Shown one piece after another: positions 38,319 to 49,565 of a DNA stretch of 64,000 bases (position 1 is the stretch's first letter; every line of letters starts with the position of its first letter). Origin of the DNA: Squalus acanthias (lineage: Eukaryota); contig CM059425.1 in NCBI GenBank assembly GCA_030390025.1, positions 164,674,001 to 164,738,000 of the forward strand, in the 5' to 3' direction. Position numbers and translations under genes: made by a program. The notes beneath the pieces were generated by a model that ran no database searches, was not told where the DNA came from, and saw only the letters and a list, made by a program, of their open reading frames with translations.

Positions 38319-39505
38319 TGGCAGTCCCTCGGAGCCGAGGATGACTTGCTTCCACATTAAAAATGAGTTCGCAGGTGACTGAGTCCAATGCGGGACCTAC
38401 AGTCTGTGACAGGTGGGGCAGACGGTGGTTGAAGGGGCGGGTGGGTGGGGTGCTTGGGTTGACGTGCGCTGCCTGAACTTGGCTTCGGCTTGCTCCCGGC
38501 GAAGAGACTTGGTGTTCAGCGCCTTCCCGGATGCTTCTCCTCCACTTTGTGTGGTCTTGGGCCAGGGATTCCCAGGTGTCGGTGGGGATGTTACACTTTT
38601 TCAAGGAGGCTTTGAAGATGTCCTTGAAGCGTTTCCTCTGCCCACCTGGGGCTCTCTTGCCGTGCCGGAGCTCCGAGTAGAGCGCTTGTTTTGGGAAGTC
38701 TCGTATCGGGCATGAGGACAATGTGACCCGTCCGTCGGAGCTGATCAAGCGTGGTCAAAGCTTCAATGCTGAGGATGTTGGCCTGAGCAAGAATACTGAC
38801 GTTGGTGCGCCTATCCTGCCAATGGATTTGCAGGATCTTGCAGAGGCAGCATTGGTGGTACACCTCCAGTGCTTTGAGGTGCCTGCTGTACATGGTCCAT
38901 GTCTCTGAGGCATACAGCAGGGCGGGTATCACTGCTGCTCTGTAGACCATGAGCTTAGTGCCGGGTTTGAGGTCCTGGTCTTCAAACACTCTCTTCCTCA
39001 GGCGACCGAAGGCTGCACTGGCACACTGAAGGCGGTGTTGGACTTTGTCGACGTCTGCCCTTGTTGATAGTAGGCTTCCGAGCTATGGAAAGTGGTCCAC
39101 GTTGTCCAAGGCCTTGCCGTGGATTTTGATAATCGGGGGGGCAGTGCAGTGTGGCGGGGGCAGGTTGGTAGAGGACCTTTGTCTTACGGATGTCTAGTGT
39201 AAGGCCCATGCTCTCGTACACTTCGGTGAAGGTGTTGACGATGGCTTGGAGTTCGGCCTCCGAGTGAGCGCAGAAACAAGCGTCGTCTGCATACTGTAAT
39301 TCGACGACAGAGGATGGGACGACCTTGAAATCTGGACTGGAGGCGACGGAGGTTGAACAGTTTCCCGTTTGTGCTGTAAATTAGTTCCACTCCAGTGGGG
39401 AGCTTACTGAGGGTGAGATGGAGAATTGCAGCAAGTAAGATCGAGAAGAGCGTTGGTGCGATGACACAGCCTTGCTTGACCCCGGTTCGTACGTGAATTG
39501 GGTTG
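38314..39505 (-). mobile_element. RTE-clade LINE, 5'-truncated (about 1.2 kb), same family as 21450-24097
   Basis: Minus ORFs: VRTGVKQGCVIAPTLFSI, FEDQDLKPGTKLMVYRAAVIPALLYASETW, GGQRKRFKDIFKASLKKC. The 3' UTR is nearly identical to that of the + copy. Confidence 0.92.
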
Positions 39506-39789
39506 CCCATTACTAAGTAGTACTGTACCTGCTGCGACTGGACTTTTAACAGGAAAAGGCAGGTCACGGTATCGAGACTCCAGTACTGTGTTGCCTAAAT
39601 TGATCAGTCTGTATTCTTATCTGTGGTGACACTTACTGAGAATGTCCATTTGACATTAAAGTGATTATATTTATACAGCACATTGAATCTGATGAGCCTC
39701 ATTTTGTGCATTGTGTTCAGATTTGTGTGGAATATCAGCTCGCTTATTGTGTAAAAGATATATCTTGGGTTCTAACTTTTACACTACTT

Positions 39790-40110
39790 ATCATGGTATT
39801 ATGCAAGTTTCACCAGAAAGATCCAGGTTTTATCCTCGATTGGTGCTGGGTTAGCACTGACTGGGGTTAAACCTAGAACCACCTTGGTTTCAGCAGTGGT
39901 GGCACTACAGTATTCGGGTAAGGAGGCAAGGAATGAGCCAGAGATGTTGCTCTGATCACCATCCAGTAACACCTGCTAAAGTGTTTCACTATTTACATTT
40001 AGCAATCAACAGGCTATGTGAATAATGACTACAGTACTTGGGCCTGATACTCGAGTGCTAATCCTATGAACCTTATCCTCCACCTTCAAGTCGAGGGGAG
40101 AGAATTGTGA
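39790..40110 (+). mobile_element. Degenerate LF-SINE-like element
   Basis: ccaggttttatcctcgattggtgctgggttagc...tgctctgatcaccatccagtaacacctgct resembles the LF-SINE core as recalled and the copy at 46105-46440. Confidence 0.4.
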
Positions 40111-40190
40111 AGGTGGTATTTATTGCCATTTAGTACAGTTGTTTGCTTCTGTGGAACAGCACTAGCCAGGTTCAGTGCTATAGTTCAAAT

Positions 40191-40951
40191 GGCCCAGAAA
40201 TTTGACTCGGAGGCTTGCCGCGGGGGTAAGGATCGCGCGCGATATCACACTCCGTGCCGGCCTGTTGTGTTTTGGGCCCACAGGAACTTCGGGTCCTGGG
40301 CCTCTCCCTAGTGCCGGCGCGCAGTGTGTGCGTGTCCCAGGGGCGCAGTTAGTGCGATGCGACCTCTGGGATCACGTGGGCCATGGAGAGCCAATGGCAG
40401 CAGACCATCTTTCATTCATAGATTTGACAGGAGACCTGTCAAATCTGTGAATTGAAAGAGACCCCAAAAGAACAGCTAAACCTCAAATAAATTTTAAAAA
40501 AAACATCACATTAATAAAATAACTATAGTTAAATAAATTAACCACTTTAAACAAAAATTTAATTTTTGAAAAAATTTAAAAATTTTTAAAGTTATAAAAA
40601 TAAACTTACCTTTCTTTAAAGTCTCAAAAAAAAAGATGAACCTGTTGAGAAAAATTAAAAATTATACTTAATTAACTACTTACCTTGTTCAAAAGGGGTC
40701 TTACGCCTCCTTTTTTCTTGTGTAAACTCTTCCATACTTACCCTCGCGTTGAAACCTGAAAAAAAACCTAAGTGTGCTGCGTGCGCGCAGCCTGTAGTGC
40801 GCACGCGGTTCACCTAGGAACCGCCCCCTTCGCCATACCGGAAGTGCCGGTTTCCCGCGCATGTGCAGTGCATGCAGGAAACCGGCACTTCGGGACTGAA
40901 TACGGGTGAGTACACAGCGGGTACTCCCGTATTTGGCCGAATTTTTGGGCC
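40191..40951. mobile_element. Non-autonomous DNA element (MITE, probably PIF/Harbinger superfamily), CpG-rich ends and AT-rich centre
   Basis: Imperfect TIRs GGCCCAGAAATT and AATTTTTGGGCC, with AT on both flanks. Internal hairpin at 40841-40891. Confidence 0.6.
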
Positions 40952-41432
40952 ATTGTGGCTCCGAGAGCCCTGGAATTGCACAAGCCATAGGTCACCAGAA
41001 TTCTATAATAGTTTTCAACCCCATCAAATCTTCTGCTCTTAAGAAAAAATCAATTTGATTTTTTTCTTATTTCATCTGCAATAGTATGACTGCTGTATTA
41101 CTTTTTGTACTGACTCCTCCTAATGCACCTTTCTTCCCCTCTCACCCCCATCCAATTTACTCCCCCCTCTCCTGAACACTTGACTCTTGCTGTTTATGTC
41201 TGAATATGAATTTGTTATAATGGGTGTTTTGTTATAAAGAATTAACCTCTAATATGCAGGGTATTAATTGCATGAGGTATGTTCAGTATCCAATAGTTAT
41301 TTTGTAGTTTGATGGAAATAGGATTGACTTTCACCAGTGGAATATCTGGCCTTGAGCCTGCTGGAGGTAATTATTGTAGTACCAGAGTGGGTAAAATATG
41401 CTGAATATAGTTGAAACCATTTTGTCTTTCAG

Positions 41433-42276
41433 AGCGGGCCCAGTTGCCCAGAAACATGATTGAAAACAGCATGTTTGAAGAAGAGCCTGACGTCATCGAT
41501 TTGGCCAAGGAACCACGCCTTCATCCTCTGGAACCCGATGAAGTTGAATATGAGCCGCGTAGTTCACGGTTGCTGGTGCGTAGCTTGGGAGAACATGACC
41601 TGGAGGATGATGAAGAAGACTATGAATCATCTGCAAGGTTGCTAGGCATGTCATTCATGAACAGGAGTTCCAATCACCGCAATAACATGTCGGAGGCTTA
41701 TAACCGGGAAGCATCAGGGGGACCTTGTTCAGTACCTTCTGCTCGGACTGTACTTGTTGGAGCATTTGTTGTGGTGATTATACTTTCTATAGCTATGGTA
41801 GTCTACTTTCTGCCAAAATGTACCTTCACAAAAGAAGGCTGCCATAAAAAGAACACAACTTTAACACTCGTATATCCCTTGGCAACCAATGGTCAGGTAT
41901 TTCCTTGGCCAAAGATGAGATTGTCTAATGCTGTTGTACCAATGCATTATGATCTTGCTTTGCAGCCCAATCTCACCACCATGAATTTCACAGGCTCTGT
42001 GCAGATAAGCCTCCTAATCAAGGAGGATACCAACAACATCACTCTTCACAGCTTGGATCTCAAAATCACCAAGGCAACCATTACTCCAGAAGCAACCAGT
42101 CAGCCAAAGGATGTCCAGGTTTTGGAGTATAAACCACATCAGCAAATTGCAATTAAGGTTAATCCAATACTGTCCAGAGGAGAAAAATACATTCTGAATC
42201 TGGAATATTCAGCAAACCTGTCTGATGGTTTTTCTGGATTTTACAAAAGCAGTTATCAAGATAAAAACAAAACAAG
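41433..42276 (+). CDS. LNPEP: LNPEP coding exon 2: cytosolic tail, TM helix and start of the M1 aminopeptidase N-terminal domain
   Basis: Acceptor tttcAG|AG at 41431-41432 and donor AG|GTaaac at 42277. Translation (E)RAQLPRNMIENSMFEEEPDVIDLAKEP...RLL...DDEEDYESSARLLGMSFMNRSS...VLVGAFVVVIILSIAMVVYFLPKCTFTKEGCHKKN...FPWPKMRL...GFYKSSY closely matches the LNPEP-specific N-terminus as I recall it. ERAP1/2 lack this tail. Confidence 0.97.
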
Positions 42277-42461
42277 GTAAACCAACTCCTGCCTGTCTGT
42301 TTTTCTTAACTATGTAATTATTATTTCCTGATGGGTTACATTTTGTATATTGTCTTTAAAGACACTTTGAAGGAAATAAGCCTCTTCGCTTGTGTTTGAT
42401 TTAGTCTGTAGTGCACTGTTGTCACCACCTTATTGGCGCATCTGTTGCTTTCCTCAAAGTA

Positions 42462-42664
42462 GTCATGATGCGGAGATGCCGGTGTTGGACTGGGGTGGAC
42501 AAAATTGAGAGGTCGCACAACACCAGGTTATAGTCCAACAGTTTTATTTGAAATCACAAGCTTTCGGAACTATCGCTCCTTCCTCAGGTGAAGCGATAGT
42601 TCCGAAAGCTTGTGATTTCAAATAAAACTGTTGGACTATAACCTGGTGTTGTGCGACCTCTCAA
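42462..42664 (-). mobile_element. Penelope-like retroelement terminal insertion (inverted pseudo-LTR hairpin)
   Basis: 13-bp direct repeat TTTCCTCAAAGTA at 42449-42461 and 42665-42677. Perfect 76-bp inverted repeat (42502-42577 and 42592-42667) with a 14-nt loop and a hammerhead motif on the minus strand. Confidence 0.8.
42554..42591 (-). ncRNA. Minimal type I hammerhead ribozyme motif
   Basis: Minus strand reads UCAC-CUGAGGA-AGGAGCGAUAGUUCC-GAA-AGCU-U-GUGA. It has stem I UCAC/GUGA, an intact CUGANGA/GAAA core, stem II GGAGC/GUUCC and a palindromic stem III AGCU. Confidence 0.7.
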
Positions 42665-44071
42665 TTTCCTCAAAGTATGCAGTTAAGTATTAGCAATGTG
42701 CCTAGTGGCTACAAAAACTGGCAATTTACAGTATGGATGTGAATTCGGTAAATCTGGTCATTTGTGGGCTTGCGCTAGAAAACTTGGCCATACAAGTTGT
42801 CAGATTGTCATTTTAAAAACCCAAGTGGTTCCTTCAGAAAAGGAAACCTGTCATCCCTACCCAGTCTAGCCTACAAATGATTCTAGTCCACATTACATAG
42901 TTGAATCTTAGTGCACTCTGAAGTGTCATAGCAAGAGATGGGCAATAAGCGTGGCCTTGTCAGCATTTTCCAACAATTTTTTTTCTAAAGGGTGAAAATG
43001 TGACCACCACCTCCTTTACCCATTCCCTCCATTCGGTGATTGATTCACAACCCCAGCATAGCATTTTTTTCCCAGTGTGGTTTGGCCACAGCATGAGTAG
43101 AAGTTAAAGAAACCTAAAAGTTTAGATTTTTGTTTAAGAAGCGCTGAGCTGCTCTGAGCCACGCTCACTTAAAATTTATTTAAAAAGAAAATATTTCTTC
43201 TCGAACTTAAGGTTTCTTCTGGTCGTCTTCACTGGCAAAAGATTGCAAGCTCGCTACAGGAGAGAGAGAACAGTTTGAGTGAGGTGGTGATCCTGTTCGG
43301 TGTACAGTGTTTCGTAGTCAGTCTTGTGTACCTGCTTAGCCAGTGGAATTGGAATTCTTTTGGGATTGAGTCTTGTGTATGAGCGGAGTCTCGGACAAGT
43401 CTGAATTCAGGTTGGTCATTTAGTTTCCCAAAAGGATGTTAAAGAATAAAGAAATCTGACCTAGCATGGGCTTTGTTATAGTGTTTCTCAACTGGCTTAA
43501 TATTGTGAGCCTGAATTCAAACAAAATGAAAATGCTCTCTGCTGAGCTGTAAATGCAATGGGTTTGGTCAGCTTTCATTCAGTTTCCAGCACCTTGCCCT
43601 CCAATCTGGCTGTTTTAGTGGCCATTGTTCGTTCTGAACTGAGTGGGTGACTCAGACCGTTTAACTCTGTCTTTGCCCTATGTGTGGTGCAGTGCATGCG
43701 CATATAAACACACACACTTTCCAGAAGGTATCTCTGGTTAACCGTTAGAACAGTTATATATTTGAAAATAATGTGTTTCTGCTGTCACTACATAGATCCC
43801 AAAACAGCTAGGTATTTTCTTTTCGTTATTGAATTTGTCGTCTTCTGCTATCTAATGATCATCTGACTTATTTTACAAAAAGATCATCAAATGAGATGGC
43901 TTCAGTAACTGAGGCAGGCTGCAATGTTATGGGAATTAACGGCAGTTTATCGGACCCTTGCATGATGAATTGCTGTAATCTTAAATTGCATTCTGGTAGG
44001 GTCAAGAACTGCACTAGATCTGTACAGAAAAAATGTTTTTTTTTAAGAACCTGTTTTTCTCTCCTTTATAG

Positions 44072-44210
44072 AATATTGGCAGCCACTCAGTTTGAGCCAT
44101 TTGCTGCACGAAATGCTTTCCCATGCTTTGATGAACCAGCATTTAAGGCCACGTTTACGATCACGATAATCAGGGAAGCTGACCACATCTCATTATCCAA
44201 CATGCAGAAG
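44072..44210 (+). CDS. LNPEP: LNPEP coding exon 3 (139 bp)
   Basis: Pyrimidine tract ending tatAG, donor AAG|GTacct. Phase-2 join with exon 2 gives [47 protein letters not shown], the M1 [13 protein letters not shown] signature. Confidence 0.97.
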
Positions 44211-44879
44211 GTACCTTTTAAGGCAAACTTTTATTCTTTTAATTATCTTACCTCAAAAAATAATGTCCCAGATTTTGCTTGAGTGTGCCCTGTTAGTTAG
44301 ACTAATAATTGCACGTTTAGGTTTTAAAAATATTTTGCCCACCAAGTTGAAGTGCGAGCTGATCACAGCATGGCGAGGGCAACAGGGCATCTCTGACCTT
44401 GGTGAACAATGGCACAAACAGTGTATCACCTTAACCAATGAAATTAAAGGATTGCGAAACAAACGGGAAGGACTGAGGAGGGTGAATTAGAGTGGGTGCA
44501 TTCATGGTCAAATCAGGTACAGATAGAGAAATAAAGGGAGGGATATAAAGATTGGATTGAGAGAGAGGGTGGGGGGGAAAAGAGACACAGGAAAACAAGA
44601 AAAAAATGTTTAAATGTGACATTTTTAAAATCTCCTAAAACAATTCAAATCCTGAAGGAATGAGACTACACTTAATTGTTTACTTACTGGACAAGAGAGG
44701 TTGATGGGCAGTCATTATCAAGTCGTTAAAGGGTACTTGTGCTGATAATTACTAGACTTAAATTTCTGTGGTGAGGTCAGTGGGCAATTAATATGTAACT
44801 GCAACAATGTCATGAAAATTAAGGGGTGGTTAAACGCAAGATGCTGTTTTCACGAAGCTAATGGCAGAGCGGCACAAAT

Positions 44880-45612
44880 AAATGAAGGTTGCGGGGTGGA
44901 GACTGGCGATATTACGGAGGTGGAAGTAGGCATCTTTGAGGGAGAGGTTGGAAGCTCAGCTTGGGGACTAATAGGACACTGAGGTGGCGAACCATCTGGT
45001 TCAGCCTCAGATAGTGGAGGGGGATGGAGACGGCATGGGAACAGTGTTTGTGGGGAGGGGTGAGGACGATGGATTTGGTATTCCCAATGTATAACTGGAG
45101 GAAATTTCTGCCTGACAACACAGATGCAGTGGAGGGGTCCAGAGTTGGTGGTGAGGTAAAGCTAAGTGTTGTCAGCGTACATGTGGAACCTGACACCATA
45201 TTTTCAGATTATGTTGTCAAGGGGCAACATGTAGCTGAGGAAGAGGAGGGGGCCAAAGATAGATCCTTGTTTGACTCCAGAGCTGATGGTGCGGGTATGG
45301 ATAGTGAAGCCATTGCTGGAGAGCTCTGGCTACAATTGCACAGGCAAGAGTGGACAAAGTGAGGGCAGTCCTGCTGAGCTGGAGAGAGAGAGGTGTTGGA
45401 TGAGGATAATGTGGTTGACTGTGTCAAAGGCTGCAAAGGGGTTGTGAAAAACGAGGAAGGATAGTGCACCAGTCCCCGAGGATGTTATTTGTGCCTTTTG
45501 GTTAGGACCGTTTCGGTGCTGAAACCTGATTGGAGTGATTTGGATATGGCGTTGCTGGAATGATGGGCATGGATTTAGGAGGCAACAGCACATTCAAGGA
45601 CTTTGGAAAGGG
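44880..45612 (-). mobile_element. L2 LINE fragment
   Basis: Minus-strand AAFDTVNHIIL (RT) and ggatctatctttggccccctcctcttc (QGSxxGP-like) remnants. Confidence 0.75.
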
Positions 45613-46104
45613 AAGTTGTAAATAATTAAGTCATAGACCAGGAAGTTACCACAGATTCGATCATCGGGCAATACAGTTGGTCTCACTATTTTAAACACCG
45701 GGTTTCTACTACTGATTTACCATCCAGTGAACATTGCCAGTAGTGGATATGTGTGAACACCATGTAAGGGTTGGGCTTGCCTATGATGTCTTCACACTTA
45801 TTGTTCAGGCTCATGTATGAAGTGTGGCCACCTGAGCATGGTAATGTTGCCTGTGGATCTGTACCCCAGTATACAGAGTCAGTACCTTCAGGAGAGGAGA
45901 AAATGAGTAGAATAAAGAGAGAACACCATTTCCTACCTTGTCTGCAGCGTTTGAAGTTGAAGTTAATGCTAGGAATGGAATGTTGCTATTGCTCTATTTG
46001 TATTTGTCAAAATAGCATGAACTACTCCACCCTTAGCTCTGATACTTTATTTTTTTTTAAAATGCCTTCAAAAACTTCCCCTCTAGTTCATTTAAAATGT
46101 ATTC

Positions 46105-46440
46105 CCCAGTGTGGTACAATGCACAATAGACCTGAGCTTGATTCCTTCGCTTGAGCTGAGTTAGCTGATTACAGCCAGGGTGCTCGAACTGCATCCAGTG
46201 TCCTTTTGGTTAGGAAGTAGAAAAAGCATTAAGCTTTCTAGACCGATCAACTATCAAATGATCCCTGTTGTAAAGTGCATGTTTAGATGTCACATGAGGC
46301 TGAGATGCTGGATTTTGCTGTGATGTTCACTCCCCAGGCCAGGTCAATAATCTTGACACACATTTGGACTCATTGATGAAAAATGGCTACTTAAGCAAGG
46401 TACCAGAAGGCTCCTGACATCCACACAGCAGTACCATATC
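46105..46440 (+). mobile_element. Degenerate LF-SINE-like element
   Basis: gctgagttagctgattacagccagggtgc and ctatcaaatgatccctgttgtaaagtgcatg resemble the LF-SINE core as recalled. Confidence 0.5.
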
Positions 46441-47764
46441 ATGATTGATACCTTTGGAATAAGACGGGAGACAAACTCCCCACCCTTTTATTTCATTCAT
46501 TCATGTCTCCCAGTGATTGTGGCATTGGCTCCTATTCAAGTGTCACAGCCCAGTGGTAGGAATCTTGTACCTTCCTGTAATGAAAAAGGGCAGTTTAGGA
46601 CTGTGCTAAAACATTTACATTAGCAAGAGTCTGATAACAGCACTTCATGAGCAAATGGGTCAGATTAATGCATTCAGCATCTACAACTTGCATCAGCTTC
46701 GCTTATGGACCTGTTGTTTCCAGATTTTTCTGTTTTTGTTTGTTTTTCCAGCATTTGCAGTACTTTGTTTTTTATTAGCTATATGAATAAAAGTTCACTT
46801 AAAGATGAGAACGGAAGCGACTATATATAATGTATGTGTGAACTGTAGTGCTCATTTTTAATTGATGCTGTTACAGTACACTTAACAGAACTGGCTTCTT
46901 TTAACATAAGTGTGTGGGGGGGGGAAATGTGGCATTTAAATTAATAATGGCTCTGTAGTGAATGCTTTTCCTAGAGCATAAAACTGGGAGCAACAAATGA
47001 TTAGTACAGAAGTGTTTAAATCAGCAAAAATGAGCAGGAGTGACATGCTATCGCCATGCAGTTCGTCTTGTATCCAAGATAGCTGGTACCACACTTGTGA
47101 ACACAGCAGTTCAAACAATTCAAAAAATTTAAATATTCTCCCACTAAGTATTCCATTTCCAATACCTAAATCAGGTAACAAGTTCACTCGATAAAATTCT
47201 TGTCATAAAGATCGGCTTGAGATGCTGGCAAAAATTTAAAACCTGCATCATTATTACAAGTGTTCAAAAATTCTACGTGAAGAACTGAAAATGTTAGTTA
47301 CCTGATTATGCAAAGATCAGAGCTGTAGTGGTCCCTCATGTTAATGATTAGGCTGTTTTCAAAACTGTTAACATTACAAAGCATTTCATATACTGGAAAG
47401 TGCAGGGATATTTTCTTTTTATCTACGTTAGTGTCTGTTTATTTTTGCTTTTATCCTTTCGTTTTTCCCCTCCAGTCTCTCTACATCATACATTTTCATT
47501 GGTTAAGAGAGTGAACAGGAGTCCCCCCTCCCAGGCCCCTGCCAAAGGTGCTATGTAGCTGGCCACTAGCTAGAATACAAAAGCAGCTCGGGGTGACGGG
47601 ACATTTTTGTTTTTCCTTCCCCTGATGTAGGGTAAGTGCCTGCCTCTACTCTGCACCTTCCCATGATGGTATCACGTGAGGAAATATAGCTTTCACTTGC
47701 TTTATTCAGAGAATAACTATAAAAGCTACTTGGTGTTACCACCCCCCCCCCCCCCCCCGAACAT

Positions 47765-47945
47765 CTAGTAAGCCAGGAATAAATACAAGAGGCAAAAACA
47801 GGAAATGATGGAAATACACAACATCTGCAAAAAGAAAATCAATCCAAAACATTAACTTGCCTTTTCCCTTTACAGTTGATGTGTATTTCCAGCATTTTCT
47901 GCTTTTATTTCCGATTTCTAGCATTTGCAGTTTTTTTATTTGTAA
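47765..47945. mobile_element. Old Penelope-like inverted terminal remnant
   Basis: aaaaacaggaaatgatggaaatacac followed by gtgtatttccagcattttctgcttttatt...tagcatttgcagt forms a degenerate inverted pair related to 33108-33241. Confidence 0.5.
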
Positions 47946-49532
47946 CCAGCAGAAATGTTTTAAGCATTGAGTGATGACTGTGAGGAAAGAGTGGGTAGAG
48001 GAAGTGGCACTTCTGTGCTGAAATACCTTTTGAACAAGATGTTTTGTACACTTGAAGTGGTATTGAAGCAGCAACATCAGAGGCCCAGAAGTAGGTAGTC
48101 TGTCTACCTGCCCTTTTCAGTCAAGTGGAGATGTTGTGTAAGATGGGGGAGGGCTGTAAGAAGCGAGAGATGGAAGTATTTTTATATTTTGGAAGTAGGG
48201 GCCAAGAAGAGGCCATTAATGATGGTCTTTACCAAGAGCACAATCTTTCGCAGCTGGAGTCACATGATGTCGGGTGCTTGGCACATTACCTTTCATGCAG
48301 GCCAGGAATAATCAATATTGGGCATGGTTGCCCACAAAGTGGTGGAATGCAGGTTTATTGATGCAATTTTGGAAACAGTTATTTGCCTAATTCGTGACTA
48401 TGCCACTGGGAGCAACACAGATTGGATTCTCAGTATTTACTGAGAGAATGAGATCGGGCAGAGAAATTCTCCAAGGACTCGACTCTTACTCTTTCTGCCC
48501 CACCCCCATCATTCAAGACCAATAAGCCCCTTCCTCTCCTCCACTCCAGTGAGCAGAGTACCTAAACACATTTTCAATAGAGACCAAAAAAAGCATTTTG
48601 AAAAGAACATGGTAAGAGACAAAACTACTGCTAGGGTTCTGATTGATTTATTCGGCCTTGGCAAATGCTCAAAATTAGAATTCCGTGAATTATTTTTGAA
48701 AGGGGATAATAAGTGAATGTCTAAATCTGTGTTGTCCAATAGACGTCACTGACTAGCCACAGGGGTAGCTACGGCGACAGCATTTTAGCCACAAACGCTT
48801 ATTTATAGTAGAAAACACCTTGCACACAATACAGGTTAATGTACGTGATGTGTATATTTACTTTAAAAAAAAACTTCTACCACTATTTAGTGTGAAACTT
48901 TGCAGTCTTTTTCTTTTACCAAAGTTTGGAGTTCCGACATGACTTGTTCAGACACAGCACATCTCAATGCAGCTTCTAGGTTTTTGCCCAGCAGTTGAGT
49001 GGTGCTTTGACTTCAGCAGCGTGATTGAGCGAGCCAACATTCTCAACAATGAAATGCGCCAGAACTTCCTCGACTCTCTACGTAGATCACAGCTGGATGC
49101 TGCTTTCCCTTTGCCATGACCTGCCCTGCTGGGGCTGCTTGTTATTGGTTGGGCTTTCTTTTTTCCACTGTCCTGGAGCAGTTATTCTGATTGGTCAAGC
49201 TGAGTTTTTAACCCATGTTGCGCACCATTTTTTGCAGATAAACAATAAGCAGTAACCAGAGTAGTGTAGCACTCCATCTCTGCTTTTCACGCCATGCAAA
49301 TATGAATATTGAGATCTGCAGACTCGTGCAGGAGTATGGTTCTATGCACTTCATTGGTTCTCTGGTACTCTGCCAAAGTGACATAATTATCTATCATAAA
49401 TGCTGAATATCAACAGGCTGTCGTGGCTAAGCATATCAAAACACATTGGGAAATTCTGACCTGTTCTATAAAAGTGTCTGTCAAAATATTTTTTTTAAAT
49501 CTTAAAACTTTGTAGATTTGCACAATCAATTA

Positions 49533-49565
49533 AAATAATAAATAAATAAATAAATAAATAAAATT
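49533..49565. repeat. (TAAA)n microsatellite
   Basis: About 6-7 TAAA units. Confidence 0.85.

Noticed and set aside
37684..38748. Long ORFs (205-342 aa) rich in F/L/S or K/E/R
   Set aside because: These are translations of the TC/TTTC microsatellite, which has no stops, partly fused to an RTE remnant. They are not genes.
41411..41432. TTG-initiated N-terminus MKPFCLS of the 289-aa ORF, superficially like the MEPF start of LNPEP
   Set aside because: It is the pyrimidine tract and AG acceptor of exon 2 and has no ATG. The phase-1 junction implies a separate upstream exon 1.
1..41432. Search for LNPEP exon 1 or another host gene
   Set aside because: No CpG-island promoter or short ATG exon with a donor could be identified with confidence. 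The recognisable ORFs here are TE-derived and the rest look like chance ORFs.
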